Shown here piece by piece: positions 1-10,620 of a stretch of 64,000 nucleotides of DNA. The position numbers and the translations under genes are program-made. Below the pieces are notes generated by a model, which had not been told where the DNA came from, did no database searches, and saw only the letters and a program-made list of their open reading frames with translations. Positions within the stretch are counted from its first letter, which is position 1, and each line of letters begins with the position of its first letter. The DNA comes from Epithemia pelagica. Lineage: Eukaryota > Protista > Bacillariophyta. The stretch is from contig OX337235.1 in assembly GCA_946965045.2 (NCBI GenBank), positions 1,984,001-2,048,000 on the forward strand, in the 5' to 3' direction.

Positions 1-220
1 GGAACCTTCTTGCTTCAATCCAACGACGACTGGTACCCCTTTCTGGATGGGGAAGAGACAAGGTTGTACGTGTGCGGGCTGGTAAATGAGGAAGAGTCAT
101 ACAGTGCCTACTTTTGTGTTCACCGATCCTTTATTGTCGCCTTTCAGGAGACATGGTCCGAAGTCCGAACGGTCTCTTGGTTGTTTTATTTAGGTTACTG
201 TCTAATCGATAGTTGGACTC

Positions 221-3200
221 CTAAGCGGTCAGTTCACTAAGGAGTGGGGCGGTGTCCATGTTTGGGACGAATTCTGCCATTGGGGCGGGGGAGTATATGG
301 GTGTTACCGGCGCAAAGCACGGGGATGCCAAATTTTGCAATTGTGTGGTTCTGATTTTTTGTTTCGATTGGTGTTGTCGGATTGCACCTATGTTGTTGTT
401 GGCGTGAGTCGCGAGGGCTGAGACGATGGTGTGTCCCAATGAAGCTTTGGCGAAGTGCCCGATGGAATATATGTGGGCTTCTGGGTAGCTGAATTTCTTG
501 GTTTTGGCGTTGGCTGCCGTGAGAAGATTTGATGGTGCTTCGGTGGATTCTTCGAAGAGTCGGAATGCCGATGGTTGAGGTTTACTTCGTTTTTGGTCCT
601 TGCCGAAGTACGGGTTTTGCCATGGTGGTGGTTGTGTGGTTGTGAATATATGCGGATGGTATTCTGAGGGGAACAAAAGGCGATCGGCGAAAGAACCGAG
701 TCCTCCAAGATGATCAACGGTGAAGGGTATCAAGTAAATTCCGTTGTCGAAGAGATGTTTGGCCGTGTCTGGGTCTCTGCAAAACTTAGCTCTTGCCGCT
801 TCTTGATGCGTCCTGGAGGCCATTGAGGCAAGTGTGGTGTGGTCGGACGGGTCGAGTAGGGGCTGTGGCTATTGCGGAGGCGGAATTGTGACGTCGATGG
901 CGGCATAGTTGAAAGGTTTGTTCTTGTGTGGTTTTGAGAGAAGCATGCCGACGTCTGCCGGTCTAATATTTCTGTGATGTTGAGGTGCCAGTCCTGGGGG
1001 TTCAATGTGGACATCGTGTGGTGTGTCCACGGCTTCGGCAGCCGGAGCTATTTGTTTGAGTACATCAAACAAGGTGTCCCGTATTGCGTTGGACAGAGGT
1101 GTCTTGGATGCTGCCGTGCAAGAAAAAAGGTGGTCTCCCATGGGATCGATTGATTTTGTTTTGGAACAACGGCATTTTTGGGGCCAGTCTTGAGTTGGGT
1201 CGTTGACAAAAAGTGGGAGTTGTAGTTTGCGTTTGATTGCTGTCCGGAAAATTTGGTTTGTGTACCGGAATTTGGAGGCTGTTAGGGGAAGGGAGAGTGC
1301 CATGCTGGTCAGTGGAGACAACAGAGCTGGAAGGAAAAGCCGTTGGTCTGGATCGGTTTCAACAATCAACCGTGGCAATGTGTGTTCTTGCACGGTGTGT
1401 TTAAGGAGTCGGTTGTGGGTAGTCGGTTCGTATCTCGAAGGTACGAATAGCGACTCTTCCGCATGTTCGTTTGCAAAAAGTGATAATGCTTTTCTGAATT
1501 TTGTCATGTGTTCGTTTGTGCTGTCTTTCCAGGAAGTGAAATGTCGTTGGTGGACAGCTGGGATTGGGTTTTCTGTAGAAGACGCGAGATGGATTGCTCG
1601 GGCTGTTTGTGTGAGGAAACGTGGGTATGCAGCTGTTGCTGCCTATTGATAGCCCAGGCCCCCTAGTCGTTGGGGCATGGTCGCTATGAGGGTGGAGGTC
1701 TCGGTGATTTGGTTCTCGTGTAGTGATGTTAGTTTTGCGAGGAATCTGGCGACGAGTTTTTCCGTCCGTTGTGTTGTTGGGCTTGTCCACAGGGTTGTCC
1801 TTGGGTCTTGGTCCGGGTTGGCTAAAAGGATGTCAGATGGCAGCAGGTGCAGAATGGACGAAACCATTCTTGTGTATTTGAAGAGGCTGTGTTTTGTCTG
1901 GAGGTCGTTCAATTGGAGCAAACAGTCCATCTTGTTGTACATATTGTCGAGTTTTTGGTTGATGTATTGTTGCGCAAACGATTGGGACCCGATTGGTTGT
2001 CCGAGGAATCTTACTCCATGTGTTATTTCCGCTTTTTCAGGGTTGTCGGGTGAGAGAAATTCAAGAGCTTTTTGGAGGTTTCGTTGTTGTTCTGGCTTGA
2101 GGTTGTTGCTTGGCGAGATGCCATTTGTTGAAGTAAGTATGGTTGTTTTGTTTTTGTTGAGGATAATTCCGAGTGGTTTTCCAAGCTCTTCGAAGCGTTG
2201 GAGAAACCAGAGAAGGTCACAGTGGGGTAAGCAGACCAAAGTATCATCCATGATGGATGCGGTGTGGCCGATTCCTCCCATACCGTCGTCGTGTGAGTCG
2301 TGGCTCATTTTTCTTTGTTGTGCTCGTTTCGCTTGCTCTTTATTGAGTTTGTTTGTCAACGCCAGGAGGACGAGACAGGAAAAAAGGGGGCTCAAGGGAC
2401 ACCCTTGAGGAAAGCCCTCTTCTTGGGTAAGGTATCTGGCGTTTTTATTTTCGTCGAAGTACCATTGGTTACACGGGCTGTTTGTCAGCAGGTCAAAAAG
2501 GGGGACAAGTTGTGTTGTGGCTTCGTCCTCCAGCAGTATTTTCTGCGCTTCGGTTCTGCTTACGTTATTGAACATGTTTGTAAGATCAAGCATCACCAGG
2601 GCTCTGGAGGGTGTGTTGTTGTTGTTGTTGTCTGCGTTGTTTGTGTTTTCGCTGTTTGTTTGTCTTTCTATATATTCGTTTACCGCCATGGCGGTGGATT
2701 GTGCCACGAAATCGACTCCGCCAGGCGTTTGAATGCCGTACTGGCCTCCTTGCAACAAGAGCGGGCGTATTTCATCAGTGAGTTGGACTAAAGCTGCTTT
2801 TGCGGCCACTCGTCGTATGGCTGTTCTAATGCCGATTGGTCTCAGCCGTTCGAGGTTGTTGATGTCTTTGTGCAGAGCGAGAAAATAATTGCTCGCGAGA
2901 ATGGTTTGGATCGTTGGCGGGACCTGTGCTGTGACCACCAATTGGATTATTGATTTAAGTATGGCCGTGTGGCGTCGGGGGACCGGGTTGTTCTGTGTAA
3001 CGCCATAGATACCATAGATACGAGAATGTCGGTGCTGGTGGAGAAAGGGCCGGCGGCCGTTCCCGGCTTCATTTGCCGGAGTGCGGTTTCAAACATGTTG
3101 TCTTGAAGCTTGAGGTATTGTGCCGCTGGTGGTGGCATTGTTGTTTGTCCGTGTGACCGAGTTGCTGGTGGCGGCTGTTGTCTTTCTGGGAAAAGTTCCT

Positions 3201-4110
3201 TTTGGCATTTTTGGATTCGGGGAGGGGTGAGGGTAGCCGGTGGCGTGTTGGTCGTCAATCGTTTGACGGCGGCTCTGTAGTTACCGAGATCGGCCAGTTG
3301 TTGCGCCGAGCGGGTTTTCCATTGTGGGAGTTGGTCTGTTGGTGATGTTTGCTGTTGTTGGCGTCGTTGTTGCCGGTTTTTCTTGTTGTTGTTGTGGTTG
3401 GTCAGTTTGGAAGCGGTGTTGGGTTCCATATGGTTTGGTACAGTTCTTCTATTCTTCCTGCTTTCAGGAGGGACAGCCGGGCGCGGAAGGCGTTGGTGTA
3501 AGTTCGGTGCACTGTGTCTTTGATCGGTGCTAAGAGCAATGGCTCTAGCAAAATCAGCAGCTTCCAGAAAGTGCTGGCGTCGGTGTCATGTTGTTGTGGT
3601 CGTTCGTCTCGGATGACGGCCTGGGTGAGAGGTGGTGTTGCTGCAAGGAGCCATGAGATCACGTTGTTGTATGTGGAGTAGAATTCTGCTCTCAATGGCG
3701 GCTTGAGTTTGTGCCATAAGCTGCGTCGAAAGGGCGGTGGTGTAAGTTGTAGTTGGTGCAGGTAAGCTAGACTTTTCTTCCAGTTGGTTTCTGTCTCTGG
3801 TTGTGCATGTCGGTAGGTATGTAGGACTAGTTGAGTGTTTGTTTTGGACCTACTATGCTTTTTTGTTACGTGTTGTCTTAGATGGCCTTCCGTTGTGAAT
3901 ATGGCCGTGGTTGTGTCACAGGTTTGGCATGGATAAAAACCATGCTTGTTGCAGTACGATGGTGTTAAATAATCAGATGGGTGTGTCTCGTTGTGGGCGG
4001 TGATCAGGTGTTCTTTGATAGAAGCGTGGGGGTTGATTGTGAAGCGGCACTTTCCATGGACAGTCTGGGACTGGGCAGTGTCTCGGTGGTGTTGTTGTTG
4101 GTTTACTCAT
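221..4110 (-). pseudogene. ORF2 (pol) of the non-LTR element: zinc fingers, reverse transcriptase, RLE endonuclease; disrupted
   Basis: ATG at 4110 gives MSKPTTTPPRHCPVPDC; after a frameshift near 4050 come HLITAH and CQTCDTTTAIFTTEGHLRQHVTKKH. RT motifs: RLRPIGI, GGQYGI, LDLTNMFN, GFPQGCPLSP, SIMDD, FLGQPIG, QRLGGLG. Endonuclease region: CRC..GDHLFSC, RPADV, AIDVTI, PFTVDHLGGLG. In-frame TAG at 1643-1645 and 869-871; frame breaks near 4050, 3400-3310 and 2948. Confidence 0.85.
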
Positions 4111-7100
4111 CTGGCCCCTTGGCCCAGTTTGCATGCGGGACCACATGGCCGGTGCGCGAGTCGGCGACGGTGGAATTGCTCGTCTGTACCAAAGACTGAG
4201 CGAATCTCCACGCGTCTTGCGCGTCTGTGTCGTTCGTGAACGACTTTGTGTTTTCCAAAAACTTTCTCATTTCGTCTAAACGAGAGGGGTTGTTGTTTGC
4301 CACATACTTAAAGATAAGTTCGATCTCCTGCATTGTAGTGGCAAAAAACTCGTGTTCGTCGTTTTCGAGGTTGTCATCGCTGCCGATCAGGGCCCGGGAG
4401 TGATCGTCGGAGTCGTCCGTGTCCATCCTGTCTACGGTCGATTGTTCGTCGTCTTCCTGTTCGGTGAGTGGTGCAAATTGGTTGCGTTTGGCTGCAGGTT
4501 TGGAGTCTTCTTCCTCTGGGTTTGGTGCATACGAGTTTGTTTGTGCGGCCACCGTCGTCCAGTCGGTTCCGTCCTCGTATGGGTCACTTTCTTCGTCTTC
4601 TGTTGGTTGCATGGCCGCGGCGCTTCGTTTGTTGGCCGGTGGGCTGGTGTTTGTCGGCGTACTTTGGTTGTTGGTGTGGTTGTTGTTGCTGTCTCCGGAC
4701 GTCTCGTCGAGGTTGTTGTGTTTGCGACGGAGCAGACGGTTGGTGAAGGCTAGCAGCCTGTTGGTGTGGCTTGAGGAAGTTGGGGTTGTCGGGTTTTGGC
4801 CTGTGGTGGTCTGTCTTGGTGGTGTTGCCGCTACTGCCGCCAGAGTGGGGAGAAGAATGTTTTCAGGAAACTCTGGGTGCTGCCGGATGGTGTTTGTTGT
4901 TAACATGTGGGTGTCCGGTGTTTTTCGCAAATAAAGGGTGTAGAATTGCGGATCCGGATCTTCGTTCTCAAATTCTGGAAAAAGGGCCACGAATTCTCGG
5001 AGGTTTTGCAGGCGCTTCCAATCTCCGTCGGTTGCTTCTTGGTTGATTGGTTTAAGCTTGATTTTGACGCAAGCTCCGAAGAACTGGTCAATGTCCTTGA
5101 TTGCCTCTAAGGTTGTTGTTTGATTGCTCTGAGAGGTTGGCATCGGGATGATTTGGATGTTATTCTTGCACCAAGCCAGCTCTGTGTTGCGGTTGGCGGA
5201 TAGGTAGGCGTTGTAACTCCGAAGTAGTGCCTCAAAGTTGCTTTTGGACGAGGCTGTGATGTAAATTGCCGGTACTTGTCCGCGTTGTTTGTTTTTCAGC
5301 TCGCCGCTGAAAGTTCCAGCACGACAGCCGATGTGGTTGTAATAGTTCACGTGGTTCAACTTCCGAGGGAGGTGAGGGGTGAGGATGTTTTGGATGTCGG
5401 AGGACAGGTCCAAAGCTGCTCGACGGTGTTTGATTGTTTGAGCCGGCACCCCTACGACTATGCCGTAGGTGTCGCTCGTGCGGTTGTTGCATGCTGGTTG
5501 GTAGACGTTGATCTGGTCGTACCGTGGGTATATCGTTGGGTTGGATTGGCGGGTGCCTGGGCGAAGGATTGTTTGGGACCCGTGCTCGTCGTAGGAAAAG
5601 TCGTCGTTGTGGTGTTTATGCCACATTTGCAAGACAAAGCGAAGACCTTGTTCGAAGAAAACACCGGTGTCGAATGCGTCGTTCGCTGGAGCTGAGGAGA
5701 GGGTGACATGGAAGGTGGATGTGTGTCCACTTCCCTTGTTGGATCGGTTTTGGTTGTCTGTGCCACGGAGGGGGCGACTGGGAGACTGTTTCGTTTCAAG
5801 GAAGTCCACGGAGTGGACCTGTAGCCACATGGGCTCCTCCCTCTTGCTGTGGTGGAAGAAAACGTCGTTGGATTGCGTTTTCAAAGCTTGTTCTGTGAGT
5901 CGCGGGAGAGTGGACTCGATCTCGTGGTTGTGGTGGTGGTTCACTGCCACGTGGAGGTGGAACAGGAAGGACGGTTCGGGAGACTGGGGACGTTTCGCCA
6001 CTTTCGGTTTCCTGTAAGGGTTTGTCACGGGCGTGCCTTTCTCGTTGCCGTTGGGTTTGGTGGTTGAGTTGTCGTCGCTCGTCGGGGTTTTGTTGTTGGT
6101 GGGTTGCGTTTCCTTGGTTCCTTGAGTGCCTTCGTCCGTGTTTTGTTCGTCGGTGGTGTCGATTTGGTTGGGCTCGTTGTTGGTGGATTCGGTGGTGGTG
6201 TTGTCGTTGTTGGTGTTGTCGTGGTGGTCGTTGGTGTTCTTTTTTTCTGTGTTTTTTGGTTGTTCTTTTTTTCTGTGTTTTTTTTCGTTATTGGCAATGT
6301 TTCCTTTCTTGTTGTTGTCGTTGGTGGTTGGTTTGGTTGTCTTACGGTCCGGGGTGATGGCGGTGGTGCCGTGGATGGTAGTGGCGACGAGAGGGATGGG
6401 TCCGAGGGCGGAGGAGGTGATTTTTGCCCGGGTCGAGCGACGGCCGGCGGAAGGTTTGGAGTGGACTTGCATCTTGGTCGGTTGTTGCTGTTTGCGGTGC
6501 TGGTCGGCTGGAGGAGGCTCCCTGTGGAAAACTCTGTTTCCACTGTATTTGTGGGGAGGGCATTTTGTCGTTTTGTTGGTTTGGGTCATTGTGAGTTGGA
6601 GGATGACTCGCCGTAGGGCATTGTCTAACTGTTTCGTTTTGGGGATCTTGGGCCTTGGGCAGCTGGGTTTGGTGGTGTTGGGTGACGGCATTGGGTCTGA
6701 TACGGGCTCGGTGGCGGTATTTGTTGTTGTGGTCGTGTGGCTTTGCCGGAAGTGTTCCACTCCTGGTGGCGGGCGGGGGAGTGCCTGTTGGTGTCTTGCT
6801 CTGCCGACGTGGCCTGGTTCTTCGTTGCTGTCGTCGTGTCTTCGAGCTTGAGGTGTTGGTGCTGGGAGGTGGTCTGGCAGGGTCATCCGCTTGGTCCGTT
6901 CGGTCATCCTTTCGGTTGGGTTGGTCATCCTTTCGGTTGGTTCAGTCATCCGTTTGTTGGGCTTGGTTTCGGTCCGGGGGCCTGTTGGATTGGTGTTGTT
7001 GTTACACCGTAGCAGTCGCTGAGGGTCTGTGTTTCCGTTGGAAGTCGCTTGTTCGGCCAGCGGTGGGTTCTGAGTTGTACCATGGTGGCGGGGGAAACGT

Positions 7101-7306
7101 GTAACGGCGTTGTGAGGTTTGTTTTGTTTGTTTTTCCTGAGACCATGGAGAGATTCCATGGTCCATGTTGCGGTCGCCATGCGTTGCATGTGTTGCCAAC
7201 CGATGGGCGGGGGTGGATTGGCGTTGTTTCGGCAGTTGGGTCGTGGTTCGGCCATGGGAATTTTCTTGGCCAATATGGCCCATGGCGGGTCCGCGTCGCG
7301 CTCCAT
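4103..7306 (-). CDS. ORF1 of the non-LTR element (1067 aa, low-complexity N- and C-termini, structured-looking centre)
   Basis: Long open frame directly upstream of ORF2; its TAA overlaps the ORF2 ATG (gATGagTAA). No catalytic motif recognised. Confidence 0.7.
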   Translation of the reverse strand: MERDADPPWAILAKKIPMAEPRPNCRNNANPPPPIGWQHMQRMATATWTMESLHGLRKNKQNKPHNAVTRFPRHHGTTQNPPLAEQATSNGNTDPQRLLRCNNNTNPTGPRTETKPNKRMTEPTERMTNPTERMTERTKRMTLPDHLPAPTPQARRHDDSNEEPGHVGRARHQQALPRPPPGVEHFRQSHTTTTTNTATEPVSDPMPSPNTTKPSCPRPKIPKTKQLDNALRRVILQLTMTQTNKTTKCPPHKYSGNRVFHREPPPADQHRKQQQPTKMQVHSKPSAGRRSTRAKITSSALGPIPLVATTIHGTTAITPDRKTTKPTTNDNNKKGNIANNEKKHRKKEQPKNTEKKNTNDHHDNTNNDNTTTESTNNEPNQIDTTDEQNTDEGTQGTKETQPTNNKTPTSDDNSTTKPNGNEKGTPVTNPYRKPKVAKRPQSPEPSFLFHLHVAVNHHHNHEIESTLPRLTEQALKTQSNDVFFHHSKREEPMWLQVHSVDFLETKQSPSRPLRGTDNQNRSNKGSGHTSTFHVTLSSAPANDAFDTGVFFEQGLRFVLQMWHKHHNDDFSYDEHGSQTILRPGTRQSNPTIYPRYDQINVYQPACNNRTSDTYGIVVGVPAQTIKHRRAALDLSSDIQNILTPHLPRKLNHVNYYNHIGCRAGTFSGELKNKQRGQVPAIYITASSKSNFEALLRSYNAYLSANRNTELAWCKNNIQIIPMPTSQSNQTTTLEAIKDIDQFFGACVKIKLKPINQEATDGDWKRLQNLREFVALFPEFENEDPDPQFYTLYLRKTPDTHMLTTNTIRQHPEFPENILLPTLAAVAATPPRQTTTGQNPTTPTSSSHTNRLLAFTNRLLRRKHNNLDETSGDSNNNHTNNQSTPTNTSPPANKRSAAAMQPTEDEESDPYEDGTDWTTVAAQTNSYAPNPEEEDSKPAAKRNQFAPLTEQEDDEQSTVDRMDTDDSDDHSRALIGSDDNLENDEHEFFATTMQEIELIFKYVANNNPSRLDEMRKFLENTKSFTNDTDAQDAWRFAQSLVQTSNSTVADSRTGHVVPHANWAKGPDE
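6881..6956 (-). repeat. Imperfect 21-bp tandem repeat, about 3.5 units, inside ORF1 (MTEPTER/MTNPTER/MTERTKR)
   Basis: Units starting GGTCATCC at 6881, 6902 and 6923 and AGTCATCC at 6944 on the plus strand. Confidence 0.85.
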
Positions 7307-7364
7307 TGGCAGCGTGTCCCTGTCCGTGCGGTGTATGTTCGTTCCCGGAGGACGGCGTTTGGCT

Positions 7365-8314
7365 TACCCCCAAGCAGGGGTGAGTCCAGGTCGCACATAG
7401 GTCGTACCTAAAGGTACATCCGTATACTCACCCCCTTGGCTCGACCACCCAAAATTGGCGATTTTCCGACATTGATACAAATTGCATTTTACCTCAACGC
7501 ATCCACCACGGTGCCAAACAAGTGAGGTCGATTGCATCTGCCATGAAGGTTCTCCAACCGCACCCAAGGCATTGTAAGCTGTCAAATACTACCGACAACA
7601 CTTCTGCCTACTCGGTGGTGCATCCATTCCCCCTTTCACAGGCATGGACCACCAGCAAGACAGCACATTTCGGAACAGTAACAAGGAAGGTGCAGCTCCA
7701 TCGACTGCATCCGCAACCGGCTCTATTACATCCAGTGAACAAGTTCACCTACGCCGATAAGTCTCCATCGCAGGAGGAACCGGGCAGTGTTTTAAAATCG
7801 GATCCAGTGGTAGTGGAATTGTTGAAACAAGAAGAATGCCAAACAACGACAAATGGTACAGCGATACCACACACGGCAATCAAACGAAACGAAACGAAAG
7901 AAAGCCGCAAGCAAGTTCGGCCACAGGGGATGATGGTTCTTGTGACGAGGGGGATGAGGCCGAAACACAAGAACGTTCCCATTATAAAAGCAGCAACACA
8001 CCCAATCCCCTTCAAAGAGACGACGGTAAACTTTTTAAGGAGCTGGTGGCTTCTCGGGCGGCCTGGAAGTCTTCCTTGGCGCCCGAAGCCACCCTATCGA
8101 CATTCATGGACTCTGCAAGTGATTTATGTGAAGAAGAAGACATGATGTAGGTCGTTTGGATACCACTGCACCTCCACCATGTGTGGAGGTAGAATGTGGT
8201 TTTTAGAAATTTGTATCAATGTCAAGAGCGACCAGGTCGAGCCAAGGGGGTGAGTATACGGATGCACATCGTGCATCCAATCACGCGTGACTGACTCACC
8301 CCTGCTTGGGGGTA
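7365..8314. mobile_element. Non-autonomous AcademH-type TIR element (950 bp)
   Basis: Termini TACCCCCAAGCAGGGGTGAGT...ACTCACCCCTGCTTGGGGGTA; 10-bp TSD GCGTTTGGCT at 7355-7364 and 8315-8324; same end architecture as the autonomous-type element at 42143-49915. Confidence 0.9.
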
Positions 8315-8661
8315 GCGTTTGGCTATTGTTGTTGTTATCGTCCTCAATGTGGTTCACTTCACAGTCTCTTTGTCTTCTATTACTCCACAGTCTCGAGCAT
8401 TTCGATCGTTATCGTCGTGTCATCGTACTAGCGACAGAACTATCTACTCAAACGCGACTGAATACTCTTGACTGTGCGCTGCACGGCGCGCGCAGCTGAA
8501 AGGGATGGACGCAACCAGAATGAGTACGACGTTTTGATGTATAGTTTCTGGCTGGGCGCGGTTTTTCGCACTCACATTTTTACGCTGGGTTGATTACATT
8601 TTCCAAAAACAGCAGATGACCATAGGCAGTGGCACCACAACGTTCGAACTGGAAGAACAAC

Positions 8662-10284
8662 ATGATGCAAAACCTGTGTAACTCCAAAATAGTCTTGATG
8701 GTGGGATTGTGTTCCATGGCCACTCTATACCAGTTGAGCATTGCGTTCAACAGTGTGCTGGCCGCACCGGGACCGCCTCCTGAAACTCTTTGGGTCTCCT
8801 CCTGGTTATCTGCCCAACAAGACGAAGAAGCGTCACTGCAAACTGCAGTGACGATAGAAAAAGAAGAAGATGCGACCATAGATACTCAGGAAGAGATACC
8901 AATTCATTTTCAGCAGCGCAACATATCTGTAGCAAACCATCCAGAACTTTCAACCGTCACAGAAACCTCCATCCAACCAAAGAACGACGTCGAAGAAGTC
9001 ATCACGATATCTTCTTCTTCCCTCAATCTGACCTCCAGACCAAGACCATGGGTGATACCATCCCAATGCTTGAAGGTTTGCCGGATTACGGTCGATCCAC
9101 GAACAGGTCGATTTCCCACTCGAGTGAATCCAAGAGGGCCGTATTTACTGTCCAATAGTGCCTATGGTGAACTTGCAGATATTGACTACAACAGTTGGGA
9201 TGCGACTACAAAATTGATGAATGTCAGCAAGGTCGACTTTTGGAATGACTGTCTCCCGCCTGTCGTCGTTATTTACTTGTATACCTCGCGTGATGTGAAC
9301 GGGTTTTGGAAACAAATGACGAGACTACCCCACAACTTGAAACGACCCTACATTATCATTGCCACCGGGTGGGTCATTGACTTCTCGCTTAAATGGATAC
9401 AGCCCATTCTCAAGGATCCAAATCTTCTCCGCATATATGCCTCCAGCGTCGAAATCAAGCGCAAGGATCCATACCAGGTAGAGAAGGTATATACCATACC
9501 GCTGGGGTTGATTCGAGACCACGGAATGGATCAAGGCACTGGTCTCGTGAGTGCCATGACTTCTATACATCCTGTCAACCAAATCCACTCTGCTTCTGCT
9601 CCAAAGTACGAGGATCCCTCCAAACCTCAGAGCGTACAACAACATTCCAAACTCTTGTTGGTCAATTTCTCTCCCCACAATTTCAAATCCAAGTTTCGAA
9701 CGTTACCTTACAACCATTGTTGTAACAGCACCGAAACAGCTCGTCTCAACACCACTTGTACCGGTGGTGGATTTTATGATTTCACTTCGTATGGCTCCAG
9801 AAAATTCCTTCCTGCTGAATGGCGCAGAGCAAGTAGCTCCATTTATCGCACATGGTCCCAGCACAAATATACCGTGGCACCACGGGGGCAAAAAGTGGAC
9901 TGCTATCGATTTTGGGAAAGCCTGTACGTGGGCTCGGTCCCCATTGTCTTGCGGAGACATGCATACTATCGCGACTTGTTGGAACGATTTTTTCATTTGG
10001 AAGAGAAAGATGCTCCCATTCTCTATGTAGACTCTTGGACGAACATTACCAAAGAGTTTTTGGAGGAACAGTGGCCTCGTTTCCAAGAAGTATTGTCACG
10101 ACCCGAGTGGAACACATGGCCACCCAAGTATTTGACAATTGACTATGTCGAGAAGGAGATTCGTAAGGTCGTGGAGAATGCGTTTGAAACACGAAAAGAC
10201 ACACTTGCTCAAGAGGCGTCTCAATACTACGATCCAAAGGACCGTGATTGGTTCTGGAAAGATCGACGTAGGTGCCACCTGTAG
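8662..10284 (+). CDS. Putative glycosyltransferase, exostosin/GT47-like, type II membrane protein
   Basis: N-terminal hydrophobic anchor (IVLMVGLCSMATLYQLSIAF), Ser/Thr-rich stem, C-terminal KYTVAPRGQKVDCYRFWESLYVGSVPIV motif typical of exostosin-like domains. First ATG at 8662. Confidence 0.6.
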   Translation: MMQNLCNSKIVLMVGLCSMATLYQLSIAFNSVLAAPGPPPETLWVSSWLSAQQDEEASLQTAVTIEKEEDATIDTQEEIPIHFQQRNISVANHPELSTVTETSIQPKNDVEEVITISSSSLNLTSRPRPWVIPSQCLKVCRITVDPRTGRFPTRVNPRGPYLLSNSAYGELADIDYNSWDATTKLMNVSKVDFWNDCLPPVVVIYLYTSRDVNGFWKQMTRLPHNLKRPYIIIATGWVIDFSLKWIQPILKDPNLLRIYASSVEIKRKDPYQVEKVYTIPLGLIRDHGMDQGTGLVSAMTSIHPVNQIHSASAPKYEDPSKPQSVQQHSKLLLVNFSPHNFKSKFRTLPYNHCCNSTETARLNTTCTGGGFYDFTSYGSRKFLPAEWRRASSSIYRTWSQHKYTVAPRGQKVDCYRFWESLYVGSVPIVLRRHAYYRDLLERFFHLEEKDAPILYVDSWTNITKEFLEEQWPRFQEVLSRPEWNTWPPKYLTIDYVEKEIRKVVENAFETRKDTLAQEASQYYDPKDRDWFWKDRRRCHL

Positions 10285-10620
10285 AAATAATGAGCTTCGC
10301 GTAGTCTCACTTTGCGTGCATCTTCAGTAGCGCGAGGATACTGGAAAGGGACGACAGTTAGTTCTCTTGTTGCCGTGCATCTTCAGTAGCGCGAGGACGG
10401 CAGTCAGCATGTTGTTTTCTTGCTGCCGCAGGTGAACAAGAACGGGCCCAACTTATCAAAACTTAGCTTCTGTGCAGGCAGGAGGACAAGATCGTGGACA
10501 TGAAGAACCAGAAGGTCACTAAGTGGGACGACGAGTGGATCTCAAGACCGAGAGAATGTGAAGACTAAAAGAAGACATAAATCCACCTTAAACGGTGCTT
10601 AACGACCGGGGACTGGGTTT

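Larger units (their letters stand above)
181..8450 (-). mobile_element. Degenerate non-LTR retrotransposon, CRE group (CRE/Ambal-like; RT plus restriction-like endonuclease, two ORFs). The 5' boundary is approximate.
   Basis: Minus-strand ORF1 (7306-4103) is followed by a fragmented ORF2 with N-terminal C2H2 fingers, an RT core and a C-terminal CCHC knuckle plus PD-(D/E)xK nuclease. A short A-rich tail (AAATAAAACAA, 191-181) follows the ORF2 stop at 221-223. No TSD was found. Confidence 0.8.

Noticed and set aside
4352-7411. Numerous Val/Gly/Cys-rich plus-strand ORFs opposite ORF1, and similar ones opposite the Copia and Academ ORFs
   Set aside because: Antisense shadows of CAA/ACA-rich coding strands; no motifs and open in several frames.
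7365-7445. GGGGTGAGT...ACTCACCCC motif as a self-cleaving (HDV-like) ribozyme at the 5' end of the non-LTR element
   Set aside because: The motif occurs eight times as four inverted pairs, each pair flanked by its own 9-10 bp TSD, so these are transposon ends; it is also not confined to the retrotransposon.
10315-10397. 24-bp direct repeat CGTGCATCTTCAGTAGCGCGAGGA with 59-bp period as a CRISPR array
   Set aside because: Only two units, eukaryotic context and no cas genes; a local duplication between convergent genes.
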